Notes: generated by a model not told the origin, from the sequence alone. 32,279 nt of DNA from Alphaproteobacteria bacterium (GCA_045592765.1 JAZNVJ010000095.1:1-32279); one strand, 5' to 3'. Counted from the stretch's first letter, positions 1-9,258 are shown. Translations and numbers: made by a program.

Positions 1-28
1 TGCTCAGTCAGTATTAAGATTGTTCTAA
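1..28 (+). CDS. 3' end of an upstream flagellin paralogue (partial, runs off the window)
   Basis: Frame 2 reads AQSVLRLF-stop. This nearly matches the C-terminus AAQSVLKLF-stop of the complete flagellin ending at 1431, and the nucleotide similarity is visible too. Confidence 0.75.
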
Positions 29-50
29 GACTATTAATACAGATTCTGAG

Positions 51-83
51 ATCCCGCCTTAAAATTTTGAGGCGGGATTTTTT
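51..83 (+). terminator. Rho-independent terminator after the upstream flagellin
   Basis: ATCCCGCC (51-58) pairs with GGCGGGAT (71-78) and is followed by TTTTT (79-83). Confidence 0.8.
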
Positions 84-282
84 GTACCACATCTCTTGCA
101 AACAGCAAAAAACATCTTATCTTAAAGTTATGCACAGCAATTTATGCATTATTGACAATAAGTTATAATTGAATGAAAATCTTAGCAGATGAAAGCCAGT
201 AGGCTTAGAATAAAGAAGTTTAAAATCGCACAGTAGGCGTTACCAGTAGGTGTATATTGTGCAAAAAAATATGGAGAATAAA

Positions 283-1431
283 ATGGCCGATATTTCACTT
301 ACTGCATCTATGCGCTCTAATCTATTATCGTTACAAAACACCCAAAGCTTAATGGACACGACTCAAGAACGTCTTTCTACAGGAAAGAAAGTTAACTCAG
401 CTATTGACAACCCGTCATCATATTATACCGCTCGCTCTTTGACTAACAGAGCAAGTGATTTAAGCGCTTTGCTTGATTCTATGGGACAGGGAATATCAAC
501 CATTAAGGCTGCCAATGAAGGTATTGAAGCTATTACTACATTTGTGGAGCAGGCAAAAGCTTTGATTAATACAGCTCTCGATACCACAGCATCATCTTTG
601 AATGATGGAGTTGAATCTACTGGTACTTTTGCTGCAACAGCGGCTGCGGATGCTGATGTAACATTGAAGGTTACCGTTAATGGTGTAGAAACAGATGTTA
701 CTGTCGAAGATGTAGGAACAACAACTGATGAAGATGATCGCACAGTTGATACATTAGTTACTAAAATTAATGCCGGTTTGACTACTGCGGGACTCAACAC
801 CACCATTACTGCCACTAAAAATGCTGACGGACAAATTGTTATTCAAAGCAATGACAAGAATGAGACTGTTTTTGTTAGTGGTACAATTAATGGACTTACA
901 TTTGATGGCACTCAAAAAGCTTCACAACCTAATGACCGTACAGCATCCCAAGATCAATACAATGAAGTTTTGCGTCAGATCAATATGATCGCAAAAGATT
1001 CTGGCTACAAAGGAGTTAACTTGTTGCAAAACGAGAATTTGACCGTTAACTTCAATGAAGATCGTTCTTCTTCTTTGACAGTAGTTGGTAAGCAAGCTGA
1101 TTCTACAGGTCTTGGATTGATTGAAGCTGTAGCATGGGACACTGCGGACAATGTTGAGCTTAAGGATGCCCTTGAAGGAGTAGAAGGAGCTATCAGCAAA
1201 TTGCGTAACTGGGCAGCAGAATTTGGTAACAACTTCTCTGTTTTGCAAAATCGTGAAGACTTTACCGAAAAATTAATTAACGTTCTCACTGAAGGTTCTG
1301 ATAAGTTAACCTTGGCTGATATGAACGAAGAATCTGCTAATATGCTTGCATTACAAACAAGACAACAGTTGGCTATCAACTCTTTGTCTTTGGCATCTCA
1401 AGCTGCTCAGTCAGTGTTGAAATTATTCTAA
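283..1431 (+). CDS. Flagellin
   Basis: The N-terminus MADISLTASMRSNLLSLQNT...STGKKVNSAIDNPSSYYTA and the C-terminus ...LALQTRQQLAINSLSLASQAAQSVLKLF are the conserved flagellin terminal helices. The centre is Thr/Ala/Asp-rich and variable. I moved the start from ORF-track 250 to ATG 283 because GGAG (273-276) lies 6 nt upstream and flagellins start close to this motif. Confidence 0.9.
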   Translation: MADISLTASMRSNLLSLQNTQSLMDTTQERLSTGKKVNSAIDNPSSYYTARSLTNRASDLSALLDSMGQGISTIKAANEGIEAITTFVEQAKALINTALDTTASSLNDGVESTGTFAATAAADADVTLKVTVNGVETDVTVEDVGTTTDEDDRTVDTLVTKINAGLTTAGLNTTITATKNADGQIVIQSNDKNETVFVSGTINGLTFDGTQKASQPNDRTASQDQYNEVLRQINMIAKDSGYKGVNLLQNENLTVNFNEDRSSSLTVVGKQADSTGLGLIEAVAWDTADNVELKDALEGVEGAISKLRNWAAEFGNNFSVLQNREDFTEKLINVLTEGSDKLTLADMNEESANMLALQTRQQLAINSLSLASQAAQSVLKLF

Positions 1432-1446
1432 TCGCATATTTTATCA

Positions 1447-1481
1447 AACCCCGTTTCTTGTTTACAGAAACGGGGTTTTTG
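1447..1481 (+). terminator. Rho-independent terminator after flagellin
   Basis: A 12-bp stem AACCCCGTTTCT (1447-1458) / AGAAACGGGGTT (1466-1477) runs into a T-tract. Confidence 0.85.
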
Positions 1482-1549
1482 CTTGCCAAAAAAAACTATT
1501 GAGTATAAACTTACTAAAACCAAGTTAAAAATTTTACAATGGAATATAG

Positions 1550-2668
1550 ATGAAAAAACTTATTACTTTATTATCTTTTTTTATGTTTATAAACCCTCTT
1601 TTTGCATCAGATGATGCATTGTTATCGTTATTTGAACCATCATCAGAAGTCAAAGAACAGGCCGCCAACAAAGAAAAACAAGACGAAAAAAGAATCGTCA
1701 GCTCGGATGAAAACAAAGAAAAAGAGGATAACAAAAGTTTTTTTTCTTTTTTTAACTTCAGCAAAGCCCGACAAGGCGCTCAAGACGCTTCTAAAAGTAG
1801 GTTATCTGATCTAGAGCAAACAATTAAATCTGCGGATAATGGAGATATCAGCTCTCAATTGTTATTAGGATATTCATATCTTTATGGAACGAACGGACTG
1901 TCGGTTGATTATGATAAATCATTTTATTATTATGCCAAAGCTGCACTACAAAATGATCCAACTGGATTAAATAATCTTGGTAGCCTTTATTATAGCGGAA
2001 TAGGGGTCTCTCGAGATACAGCAAAAGCGGCCATTTTATTTGAAAAAGCAGCAAACATTGGCAATCCTGAAGCGGCTCTCAATCTAGCTTTTATATTGAT
2101 TAGTGGTAATGGACACCCAAAGAATCCTCAACTAGCAATGACCTTTTTCCAAAAGGCGGCAGATGGCAAAAATCCTACCGCACTGTTTATGGTTGGCTAC
2201 GCACATTATCGCGGAAAACTTTTGGAAAAAGATTATTTTAAAGCTGCTCCAATGATAAAAACAGCTGCAGATGCCGGATTTGATGAAGCTCAAATTGTTA
2301 TGGCACAAATTTACATTAAAGGTTTAGGTGTTCCACAAAATTACAAAAATGCAATTAAATATCTTCAGAAAGCCGCCTATCAAAATGATGGGAAATCAAT
2401 GATGGATATCGGAGAAATTATTGCAGAAGGACAAAAACAAGAAAAAAACCTTTTAAGCGCACATGTTTGGCTTAATCTTGCCGCTGTAAGAGGCATTAAA
2501 GGTGCTGCTGAAAAAAGAGATGATATTGAAAAGAAATTAAAAGTAGATCAAATAATATTAGCACAATCTCAAGCAGAACAATTTTCCCCCAAAATATCTG
2601 AACTTACAGACTACATACGAAAAACTTTTGGAGAAAATATTCGCGATTATATTGATAATGCCTTTTAG
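1550..2668 (+). CDS. Secreted Sel1-like (SLR/TPR-family) repeat protein
   Basis: Signal-peptide-like N-terminus MKKLITLLSFFMFINPLFA. Repeated units of about 36 aa carry the Sel1 signature, e.g. YYYAKAALQNDPTGLNNLGSLYYSG, ILFEKAANIGNPEAALNLA, TFFQKAADGKNPTALFMVGYAHY and KYLQKAAYQND. Confidence 0.8.
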   Translation: MKKLITLLSFFMFINPLFASDDALLSLFEPSSEVKEQAANKEKQDEKRIVSSDENKEKEDNKSFFSFFNFSKARQGAQDASKSRLSDLEQTIKSADNGDISSQLLLGYSYLYGTNGLSVDYDKSFYYYAKAALQNDPTGLNNLGSLYYSGIGVSRDTAKAAILFEKAANIGNPEAALNLAFILISGNGHPKNPQLAMTFFQKAADGKNPTALFMVGYAHYRGKLLEKDYFKAAPMIKTAADAGFDEAQIVMAQIYIKGLGVPQNYKNAIKYLQKAAYQNDGKSMMDIGEIIAEGQKQEKNLLSAHVWLNLAAVRGIKGAAEKRDDIEKKLKVDQIILAQSQAEQFSPKISELTDYIRKTFGENIRDYIDNAF

Positions 2669-2699
2669 CAACAGATTAACAAATCTCAAATACAAAAAA

Positions 2700-2729
2700 C
2701 AAGAGAGTAAGTGTCTTCTTACTCTCTTG
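2700..2729 (-). terminator. Strong hairpin whose T-tract lies on the minus strand (possibly bidirectional)
   Basis: A perfect 12-bp stem CAAGAGAGTAAG (2700-2711) / CTTACTCTCTTG (2718-2729). On the plus strand it is followed by CTTGACC, with no U-tract. On the minus strand it is followed by TTTTTTG. Confidence 0.5.
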
Positions 2730-3000
2730 CTTGACCTTCAGAAGAGGTTAATGAAATTATCTTTCTTTTACCAATTCTTTATTTAAAGAAGGAGCCTTTG
2801 CTTATTCACTCATATTGGCTACAAGAAATATAATTTCAAATCACCAACATCATGAATAATAAAGATATATGTTGGATATACGCAATTTCAATATAGATAT
2901 TTGGTATTACATATAAAATATTTGATCAAATAAAAAAAATACTGGATTTTTAAAAAAAATTCTGTTATATGGGATGCATAATTAATAATAATATTAGATG

Positions 3001-3028
3001 AGCGGGGCAAAAGCCTCGCTATTTTATT
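3001..3028 (+). promoter_or_regulatory. Leader hairpin plus U-tract immediately upstream of the rimP RBS (candidate attenuator)
   Basis: AGCGGGGC (3001-3008) pairs with GCCTCGCT (3013-3020), including one G-U pair, around an AAAA loop. It is followed by ATTTTATT. The SD AGGAG lies at 3029-3033 and the ATG at 3042. Confidence 0.45.
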
Positions 3029-3041
3029 AGGAGAATCGGCA

Positions 3042-3536
3042 ATGTCCGAGATGAAAGAACTTGAAAATTTGTTAGCCCCGATAGTTGATGCTATGGGGTT
3101 TGAGATAGTAAGAATTATGACTATCGGAGTAAAAAATCCTACTTTGCAGATTATGATTGAACGCAAAGATAGAGAATCTTTGGTGGTGGATGATTGCGCT
3201 ATGGTGAGCAGAGCCATTTCTGAAATTTTAGATGAAAAAGACCCGATAGATGGGGAATATTCTTTGGAAGTTAGTTCTCCGGGGCTTGATCGACCATTAA
3301 CCAAGTTGGAAAATTTTGAGCGATTTGTTGGTTATGAAACTAAAATCGAAACTAAAATGGAAGTTGAAAGTCGTAAACGTTTTAAAGGTAGAATTTTAAG
3401 CGTTGATGGCAACGAAATTATACATTTTGAGATGGATGGTAAGGAATATCTTAACCCTTATAATCGTATCGCAAAAGCAAAATTAGTATTAAATGATGAG
3501 CTGTTGGCAGAAGCTGCTGCGGCTATGGAAGATTAA
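3042..3536 (+). CDS. rimP: Ribosome maturation factor RimP
   Basis: The SSPGLDRPL motif, the size of about 160 aa, and the conserved position directly upstream of nusA. Confidence 0.9.
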   Translation: MSEMKELENLLAPIVDAMGFEIVRIMTIGVKNPTLQIMIERKDRESLVVDDCAMVSRAISEILDEKDPIDGEYSLEVSSPGLDRPLTKLENFERFVGYETKIETKMEVESRKRFKGRILSVDGNEIIHFEMDGKEYLNPYNRIAKAKLVLNDELLAEAAAAMED

Positions 3537-3561
3537 TAATTTAACTTTATTGAGGATAAAA

Positions 3562-5079
3562 ATGGAAACTACAGAAAATATGCCCAGACCCGAAATTGTT
3601 TTGGTTGCCGATACAGTTGCTCGGGAAAAAAACATTGAGCGTGACGATGTGTTGGAAGCTATGGAAATTGCAATTCAAAAGGCTGCTCGTTCAAAATATG
3701 GTTTTGATCATGATATCAGAGCTAAAATTGATCGCAAAACCGGCGCCATCAGCTTGGCCAGATATCGTGAAGTGGTTGAAAACGGAACAGAGCTTGAAAA
3801 TGAATCAGCTCAACTTTGGCTCGATGACGCTCAGGCATATGATGAAAATATTCAAGTTGGTGAGTTTTTGATTGATCCTTTACCGCCAATTGATTTTGGA
3901 CGAATTGCAGCTCAAACCGCCAAACAGGTTATTGTCCAAAAAGTTCGTGAAGCTGAGCGCAACAAACAATTTGAAGAATATAAAGAAAAAATCGGAACTG
4001 TTATCAACGGAACGGTTAAAAGAGTTGAGTTTGGCAATGTGGTTTTGGATATTGGTAAAACCGAAGCCATATTGCGCAGAGATGAAACCATTGCCAGAGA
4101 AAAATTCAAAAATGGTGACAGAGTTCGTGCATATGTTTTGGATGTGCGCAGAGAAAACAAAGGTCCGCAAATCTTTTTATCTCGTACTTGTCCTGAATTT
4201 TTGGCAAAATTGTTTACCTCAGAAGTGCCGGAAATTTATGATGGTATCGTAAAAATTATGGGTGTAGCTCGTGACCCCGGTTCTAAAGCAAAAATTGCGG
4301 TTAGAGCCGAAGATATGACCATTGATCCGGTTGGAGCTTGCGTTGGTTTACGAGGTATCAGAGTACAAGCTGTAGTTACTGAATTACAAGGCGAAAAAAT
4401 TGATATCGTACCTTATTCTGAAGACAGAGCTCAATATATTGTTAGCGCTTTAGCTCCGGCTGAGGTTACTAAAGTAGTTATTGATGAAGAAAACAACCGT
4501 ATTGAGGTTGTTGTTCCGCAAGAACAATTCTCTCTTGCTATCGGACGCAGAGGACAAAATGTTAAACTAGCTTCTCAATTGCTTGGTTGTGATATTGATG
4601 TTTTAACCGAAGAGCAAGAACAAGAACGCAGATCAAATGAAAACAAAGTTCGCTCACAACGCTTTATGGAAGCTTTGGATGTAGATGAGATGATTGCCCA
4701 CTTGTTGATTGCTGAAGGTTTCTCAAAAGTTGATGAAATTGCTATGGTTGATCTGTCCGAATTGGCTGAGATTGAAGGTTTTGATGAAGATGTTGCTCAA
4801 GAGTTGCAATCTCGTGCCAAAGAATATGTTGCCAAACGTGACAAAGAGTTTGAAGAGCAAAGTAAATCTCTTGGTCTTGATGATAAACTGGAAACAGTTG
4901 AAGGTTTAGATAGAGATATGTTGCTTACTTTGGCCAACAACGGAATTAAAACAATTGATGATTTAGCGGATTTAGCAGCTGATGAATTGATTGAAATCTT
5001 GGGTGAAAGCACTATTTCTGTACAAGAAGCCAATGGCATTATTATGAATGCTCGTGAACATTGGTTTGTTGAAGAGTAG
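3562..5079 (+). CDS. nusA: Transcription termination/antitermination factor NusA
   Basis: S1 region GTVKRVEFGNVVLDIG, KH motifs VGACVGLRGIRVQ and AIGRRGQNVKLASQL, and an acidic C-terminal helix-hairpin-helix repeat region. I moved the start to ATG 3562 (GAGGA at 3552-3556). The ORF-track start at 3493 would overlap the end of rimP. Confidence 0.92.
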   Translation: METTENMPRPEIVLVADTVAREKNIERDDVLEAMEIAIQKAARSKYGFDHDIRAKIDRKTGAISLARYREVVENGTELENESAQLWLDDAQAYDENIQVGEFLIDPLPPIDFGRIAAQTAKQVIVQKVREAERNKQFEEYKEKIGTVINGTVKRVEFGNVVLDIGKTEAILRRDETIAREKFKNGDRVRAYVLDVRRENKGPQIFLSRTCPEFLAKLFTSEVPEIYDGIVKIMGVARDPGSKAKIAVRAEDMTIDPVGACVGLRGIRVQAVVTELQGEKIDIVPYSEDRAQYIVSALAPAEVTKVVIDEENNRIEVVVPQEQFSLAIGRRGQNVKLASQLLGCDIDVLTEEQEQERRSNENKVRSQRFMEALDVDEMIAHLLIAEGFSKVDEIAMVDLSELAEIEGFDEDVAQELQSRAKEYVAKRDKEFEEQSKSLGLDDKLETVEGLDRDMLLTLANNGIKTIDDLADLAADELIEILGESTISVQEANGIIMNAREHWFVEE

Positions 5080-5089
5080 AACTAAATAT

Positions 5090-5119
5090 TAGGGAGTGAT
5101 TTGCAAAAGTCACTCCCTA
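5090..5119 (+). other. GC-rich intercistronic stem-loop between nusA and ylxR
   Basis: TAGGGAGTGA (5090-5099) pairs perfectly with TCACTCCCTA (5110-5119). No U-tract follows. Confidence 0.6.
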
Positions 5120-5138
5120 GAGCTATAAGGTTTTAGAA

Positions 5139-5711
5139 ATGGAACAGGAAGAAACAAACAGAAAATGCATTGCAAGTGGAAGTATTTTGCCAAAAAGTGC
5201 TTTGTTGCGCTTTGTGGCAGGGCCTGACAATGTAATTATTCCTGATTTCAAAAAAAGATTACCCGGTAAAGGAGTTTATGTTTCCAACTCCAAGCAAATG
5301 CTCCAAAAAGCAATTGAAAAAAATTTGTTTGCTAAAGCATTAAAAACAAAAGTTAAACCGGCAGATAATTTGAGCCAAATGGTAGAAAATATTTTACGCA
5401 AATCAGCATTGGATGCGGTTTCTTTGGCCAGAAAAGCCGGATGTTTTGTTTGTGGAATGGATAAAGTTTGTGAAGTTTTGAAAAAAAATAAAGTTGCTTT
5501 TTTATTAGAGGCGACTGATGCCGGTGCTGACGGAACCGAGAAAATAACCCGCCATGCCGGAGATTTAAAAATATTTAGGCTGTTTACTACAGAGGAGTTG
5601 GACAAGGCACTGGATAAAATTAATACGGTTCATGCCGCTTTGCTCAAAAGCGATATGGCAGAAATGGTTAGTCATAAGTTTGAACAAATGACAGATTTTT
5701 TGGATTTATAG
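5139..5711 (+). CDS. ylxR: YlxR/DUF448 RNA-binding protein fused to an L7Ae-like C-terminal domain
   Basis: N-terminal RKCIASG...LLRFV motif of the YlxR family. The conserved slot between nusA and infB. The length of about 190 aa fits the fused form. Confidence 0.75.
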   Translation: MEQEETNRKCIASGSILPKSALLRFVAGPDNVIIPDFKKRLPGKGVYVSNSKQMLQKAIEKNLFAKALKTKVKPADNLSQMVENILRKSALDAVSLARKAGCFVCGMDKVCEVLKKNKVAFLLEATDAGADGTEKITRHAGDLKIFRLFTTEELDKALDKINTVHAALLKSDMAEMVSHKFEQMTDFLDL

Positions 5712-5743
5712 ATTTTTAGTTAAAAATACGGAGATTTTTATAT

Positions 5744-8248
5744 ATGACAGAAGAAAACACCAAAGGAAAACTCACATTATCGGGTAAGTCTACTTTGACG
5801 TTAAAAGGTTTGGGTGATGCAAATCGCACCCATGGACGTGATGGCAAAAAAATTGTGCAAGTTGAAGTGCGCAAAAAAAGAATTATTACTCCGGGCGCTC
5901 CCAAACCGGAAAAAAAGGTTGAAATTGATGAAGAAACCGCAGCAAAATTACGTTTGATTGCTGAAGCTAAAGAGTTTGACAATAAGCGCCGTCAGGAAGA
6001 AGAAGAACGTAATATTTTACGTCAAAAACAACGTGAGGAAGAAGAACTTCTGCGCAAAGAAAAAGAAGCTCAAGAAGCCGAAGTTGCGGTCGAAAAAGCT
6101 AAGCATGAAGCTAAAGTTGTTGCCGAAAAGGCAAAAACAGAGCAAACTAAAACATCTCAGCCTATGTCGGAACCGGAAAAAGAAAATGACTTTAGAAACA
6201 AATCTAAAGATAAAAGAAATGCTAAAGATTATGATGATGAGGAAGATGAGGAAGAAATTTCATCTTCTAAAAAATATAATCGTCCGATAACCAAAGAAGA
6301 GGTATTTGAGCAAGAGCGCAAAAAAGTTATGAAGCGCAGTTTTGAACCTCAGCGTCGTGGCGGTAAAGTGAATCTGTATAATATCGGAACAGATGATGAC
6401 GATGATGATTATGGATTTGGAGCTCCACGTCGCAGATTTAAGAAAAAACAACCTAAACCGGTACAAACCCAACAACAACCTCAAGAAAAAGTTATTAAAG
6501 AGGTTATCATTCCTGAAGTTATTACCGTTCAAGAATTGGCCAACCGTATGGCTGAAAAAAGTGCTGAGGTTATTAAAAAACTTATGTCTTTAGGCGTTAT
6601 GGCAACCATCAACCAACCGATTGATGCGGATACTGCTCAAATTATTGTTGAGGAGTTCGGACATAAATTTAAACGTGTTGCGGATAGCGATGTTGAACAA
6701 GCTCTGCAACTAGAAGAAGACACCGAAGAACAACTTCTTCCAAGAGCTCCGGTTGTTACAGTTATGGGGCACGTTGATCACGGTAAAACCTCTTTGCTTG
6801 ATGCATTGCGTGAGACAAACGTTGTGGCCAGAGAAGCAGGTGGTATTACTCAACATATCGGTGCTTATCAAATTACGGTTTCTACCGGAGATAAAATAAC
6901 CTTTATTGATACACCGGGACACGAAGCATTTTCTGAAATGCGTGCGCGTGGTGCAAAAGTTACCGATATCGTGGTATTGGTAGTTGCTGCCAATGATGGT
7001 ATTATGCCTCAAACCGTTGAAGCCATTCGCCACGCCCAAGCTGCTGAAGTACCTATCGTAGTGGCAATCAATAAAATTGACTTACCGGGGGCAGACCCGA
7101 TGAAGGTTAAAACAGCATTGCTGCAACATGGAATTGGTGTGGAAGAAATGGGTGGCGAATGCCTATGCGCCGAAGTTTCTGCTAAAAAACGCATCAATAT
7201 TGATAAATTGGTTGAGGCTATTTTATTGCAAGCCGAAATGCTCGACCTTAAAGCAAATCCCAATCGTAAAGCCGAAGGTGCTGTTGTTGAAGCAAAAATG
7301 GAAAAAGGCCGAGGCACCGTTGTAACTGCCTTAGTACAAAAAGGAACTTTGCGAATTGGTGATATTTGTATTGCCGGCAAGGAGTGGGGACGTGTTCGTG
7401 CAATGTTTAATGAACGCGGACAAAAAGTGCAAGAAGCAGATCCGGCCACTCCGGTTGAAGTTCTCGGTTTACAAGGAACTCCATCTGCCGGTGATGATTT
7501 TGTAGTAGTAACAGATGAAAACCAAGCTAAAGAAATTACCGGATATCGTATTCGTAAAGAACGTGAAGCTAAATTAGTAAAATCTGCTAAATCTGCAATG
7601 GAAATGATGCTTGATAAGATTAAATCCGGTGAAGTTAAACACCTTCCGCTTATTATCAAAGCAGATGTTCAAGGTTCTATCGAGGCTATTGAAGGTACTG
7701 TAAGTAAGCTTTCTAACGATGAAGTCAGTGTACAAATCCTGCACTCTGCAGTCGGCCCAATCTCTGAATCTGATATTACTTTGGCAAAAGCATCTCATGC
7801 CTTGGTTATCGGCTTTAATGTTCGTGCAACTCCTCCGGCCAGAGATATGGCTCGTCGTGACGGGGTAGAGATTAAGTACTATTCAATCATCTACGATGTT
7901 CTTGATGATGTGAAAAAAGGTTTGGAAGGTATGCTTTCACCCGAACTGCGTGAAAAACTACTCGGTTATGCCGAAATCAGAGAAGTATATAACATTACCG
8001 GCGTGGGTAAAGTCGGCGGATGTATGGTTACTGAGGGTATGGTTAAACGTGGCGCTAAAATCCGCTTGTTGCGTGACAACGTGGTTATTCATGACGGTTC
8101 CATCGGACAGCTTAAACGTTTCAAAGAAGATGTAAAAGAAGTTAAAGAAGGTTATGAATGCGGTATTTCCTTTGAAAATTATAATGATATTCAAAAAGGT
8201 GACCTTATTGAATGTTATGAGATTGAGGAAATTGCTGCTAAATTGTAA
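5744..8248 (+). CDS. infB: Translation initiation factor IF-2
   Basis: G-domain motifs [24 protein letters not shown] and NKID. The N-terminus is highly charged Lys/Glu-rich low complexity. Conserved C-terminal domains. Confidence 0.95.
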   Translation: MTEENTKGKLTLSGKSTLTLKGLGDANRTHGRDGKKIVQVEVRKKRIITPGAPKPEKKVEIDEETAAKLRLIAEAKEFDNKRRQEEEERNILRQKQREEEELLRKEKEAQEAEVAVEKAKHEAKVVAEKAKTEQTKTSQPMSEPEKENDFRNKSKDKRNAKDYDDEEDEEEISSSKKYNRPITKEEVFEQERKKVMKRSFEPQRRGGKVNLYNIGTDDDDDDYGFGAPRRRFKKKQPKPVQTQQQPQEKVIKEVIIPEVITVQELANRMAEKSAEVIKKLMSLGVMATINQPIDADTAQIIVEEFGHKFKRVADSDVEQALQLEEDTEEQLLPRAPVVTVMGHVDHGKTSLLDALRETNVVAREAGGITQHIGAYQITVSTGDKITFIDTPGHEAFSEMRARGAKVTDIVVLVVAANDGIMPQTVEAIRHAQAAEVPIVVAINKIDLPGADPMKVKTALLQHGIGVEEMGGECLCAEVSAKKRINIDKLVEAILLQAEMLDLKANPNRKAEGAVVEAKMEKGRGTVVTALVQKGTLRIGDICIAGKEWGRVRAMFNERGQKVQEADPATPVEVLGLQGTPSAGDDFVVVTDENQAKEITGYRIRKEREAKLVKSAKSAMEMMLDKIKSGEVKHLPLIIKADVQGSIEAIEGTVSKLSNDEVSVQILHSAVGPISESDITLAKASHALVIGFNVRATPPARDMARRDGVEIKYYSIIYDVLDDVKKGLEGMLSPELREKLLGYAEIREVYNITGVGKVGGCMVTEGMVKRGAKIRLLRDNVVIHDGSIGQLKRFKEDVKEVKEGYECGISFENYNDIQKGDLIECYEIEEIAAKL

Positions 8249-8296
8249 AAGTTTTAATAATTAATTTTTATGTATAATCATTAATCTATATTTATT

Positions 8297-9193
8297 ATGA
8301 AAAATTTTATTTTAAAACAAAGTGATGATAAAAAATATCACTTGTTTGTATGGGATTCTGCAACCGGTAAAATATCTCATATCGCTCGCAGCAATGAGGT
8401 GAAAAAGCTGGGATATGACAGCTATATCATCAGAAAAAATAAGTCTCAGTATCAACTGTTTATTGGACGTAACGGTATAATTAGAAAAGTTATCGTTTCT
8501 AATGCAAATGTTGAAAGATACTTAGGCTATTTTATCTGGAAGGATAAAGATGTTTGGTATCTTTATGACAGTGAAACAGAGCAAACAGAAATGTTGGGTG
8601 ACCAACGTTTTGAAGCGCAAATTAGTTTGGGCATAAGAGCGTGGCTTGAGATACCTAGTTGGCCTTATTTTATGGTAAAACAGGATGGCGGAACTTTTAA
8701 CCTGACTTTTATCACAGGAAAAGGTATTTATCGTTGCGGGCCTTATAAAAGCCTAAAACAAGGATATGCGGACAAACTTATTGCGTATAAGGATGATATG
8801 TTTTGTGATGTGTATGTTCCTTATCCGCCATATTTGTTGGCTCCAAAATCAGAAGAACAAAAGTTTGATAACTTTATTGCTTCAAATAATGCGTTTTATT
8901 GGCAAGATAAAACCAATGATTGGCTATGTTTAGAAGGTGGACGAGCATTAGGAAACAATGCGTTTCAGGAGCATTATTTAATAGAAAATATTCCTTATGC
9001 CCGCCTGTATGAGCTGATCGGAACTGAGAAAAAGCTTATTGCTGACGGTAAATTTCAGGTCGATAAGTGCAATGAAAAAATTGCCACTTGCATTGATGGC
9101 ATATGCTATTTCCTGCAAGGAAATAAAATCGACTTTGCTAATCCGAAGATGCTTTTTTCTCGTAAAATAAAAAAGTTTTTTACCAGCAAATAG
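8297..9193 (+). CDS. Hypothetical protein (orphan; aromatic-rich with a repeated beta-hairpin-like pattern)
   Basis: An intact 298-aa ORF with its own terminator. It has no signal peptide and no motif I recognise. Recurrent units resemble YHLFVWDSATGK, YQLFIGRNGI, VWYLYDSETE, FNLTFITGKG and CYFLQGNK. Confidence 0.6.
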   Translation: MKNFILKQSDDKKYHLFVWDSATGKISHIARSNEVKKLGYDSYIIRKNKSQYQLFIGRNGIIRKVIVSNANVERYLGYFIWKDKDVWYLYDSETEQTEMLGDQRFEAQISLGIRAWLEIPSWPYFMVKQDGGTFNLTFITGKGIYRCGPYKSLKQGYADKLIAYKDDMFCDVYVPYPPYLLAPKSEEQKFDNFIASNNAFYWQDKTNDWLCLEGGRALGNNAFQEHYLIENIPYARLYELIGTEKKLIADGKFQVDKCNEKIATCIDGICYFLQGNKIDFANPKMLFSRKIKKFFTSK

Positions 9194-9199
9194 AGAAAG

Positions 9200-9228
9200 T
9201 CCTTCTGCTTTTGCGGAGGGATTTTTTT
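9200..9228 (+). terminator. Rho-independent terminator
   Basis: A 9-bp stem 9200-9208 / 9213-9221 (TCCTTCTGC / GCGGAGGGA, with two G-U pairs) around a TTTT loop, then TTTTTTT (9222-9228). Confidence 0.7.
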
Positions 9229-9229
9229 A

Positions 9230-9258
9230 TTGCAAAATAATGCACTATATGGTATATA
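9230..9258 (+). promoter_or_regulatory. Candidate sigma70-type promoter for the second orphan gene
   Basis: TTGCAA (9230-9235), a 17-nt spacer, then TATATA (9253-9258). Confidence 0.45.

Noticed and set aside
100-249. A sigma28 (TAAA-N15-GCCGATAA), sigma54 (GG-N10-GC) or CtrA (TTAA-N7-TTAA) site upstream of flagellin
   Set aside because: I checked by eye. TAAA at 211-214 is followed at the correct distance by ACAGTAGG, which is not GCCGATAA-like. There is no TGGCAC-N5-TTGC, and no TTAA-N7-TTAA pair.
250-282. ORF-track N-terminal extension of flagellin (MYIVQKNMENK)
   Set aside because: There is no RBS before 250 or 271. ATG 283 has GGAG 6 nt upstream and gives the canonical flagellin N-terminus MADISL.
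2751-2896. Tiny plus-strand ORFs in the Sel1-rimP spacer (11 codons at 2751-2786; 14 codons at 2852-2896)
   Set aside because: They have no RBS or a badly spaced one, and I cannot assess conservation. They are indistinguishable from chance ORFs.
3493-3561. N-terminal extension of the nusA ORF overlapping the end of rimP
   Set aside because: The extension has no NusA-like sequence. ATG 3562 has a GAGGA RBS and yields a normal NusA N-terminus.
5950-6450. Repetitive A/G-rich DNA (Lys/Glu/Asp runs) in infB as a possible repeat element
   Set aside because: It is in frame and encodes the usual low-complexity charged N-terminal region of IF-2. It is not an independent repeat.
7009-7659. A 216-aa antisense ORF inside infB. 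Similar antisense or off-frame ORFs occur at 423-815, 1005-1379, 2888-3304, 11887-12240, 21557-22075 and 30988-31494, and in the other short tracks.
   Set aside because: All lie fully inside well-supported conserved genes on the opposite strand or in another frame. Their composition is Ser/Ala/Thr/Ile-rich and low in information, with no RBS and no motifs. They are typical shadow ORFs.
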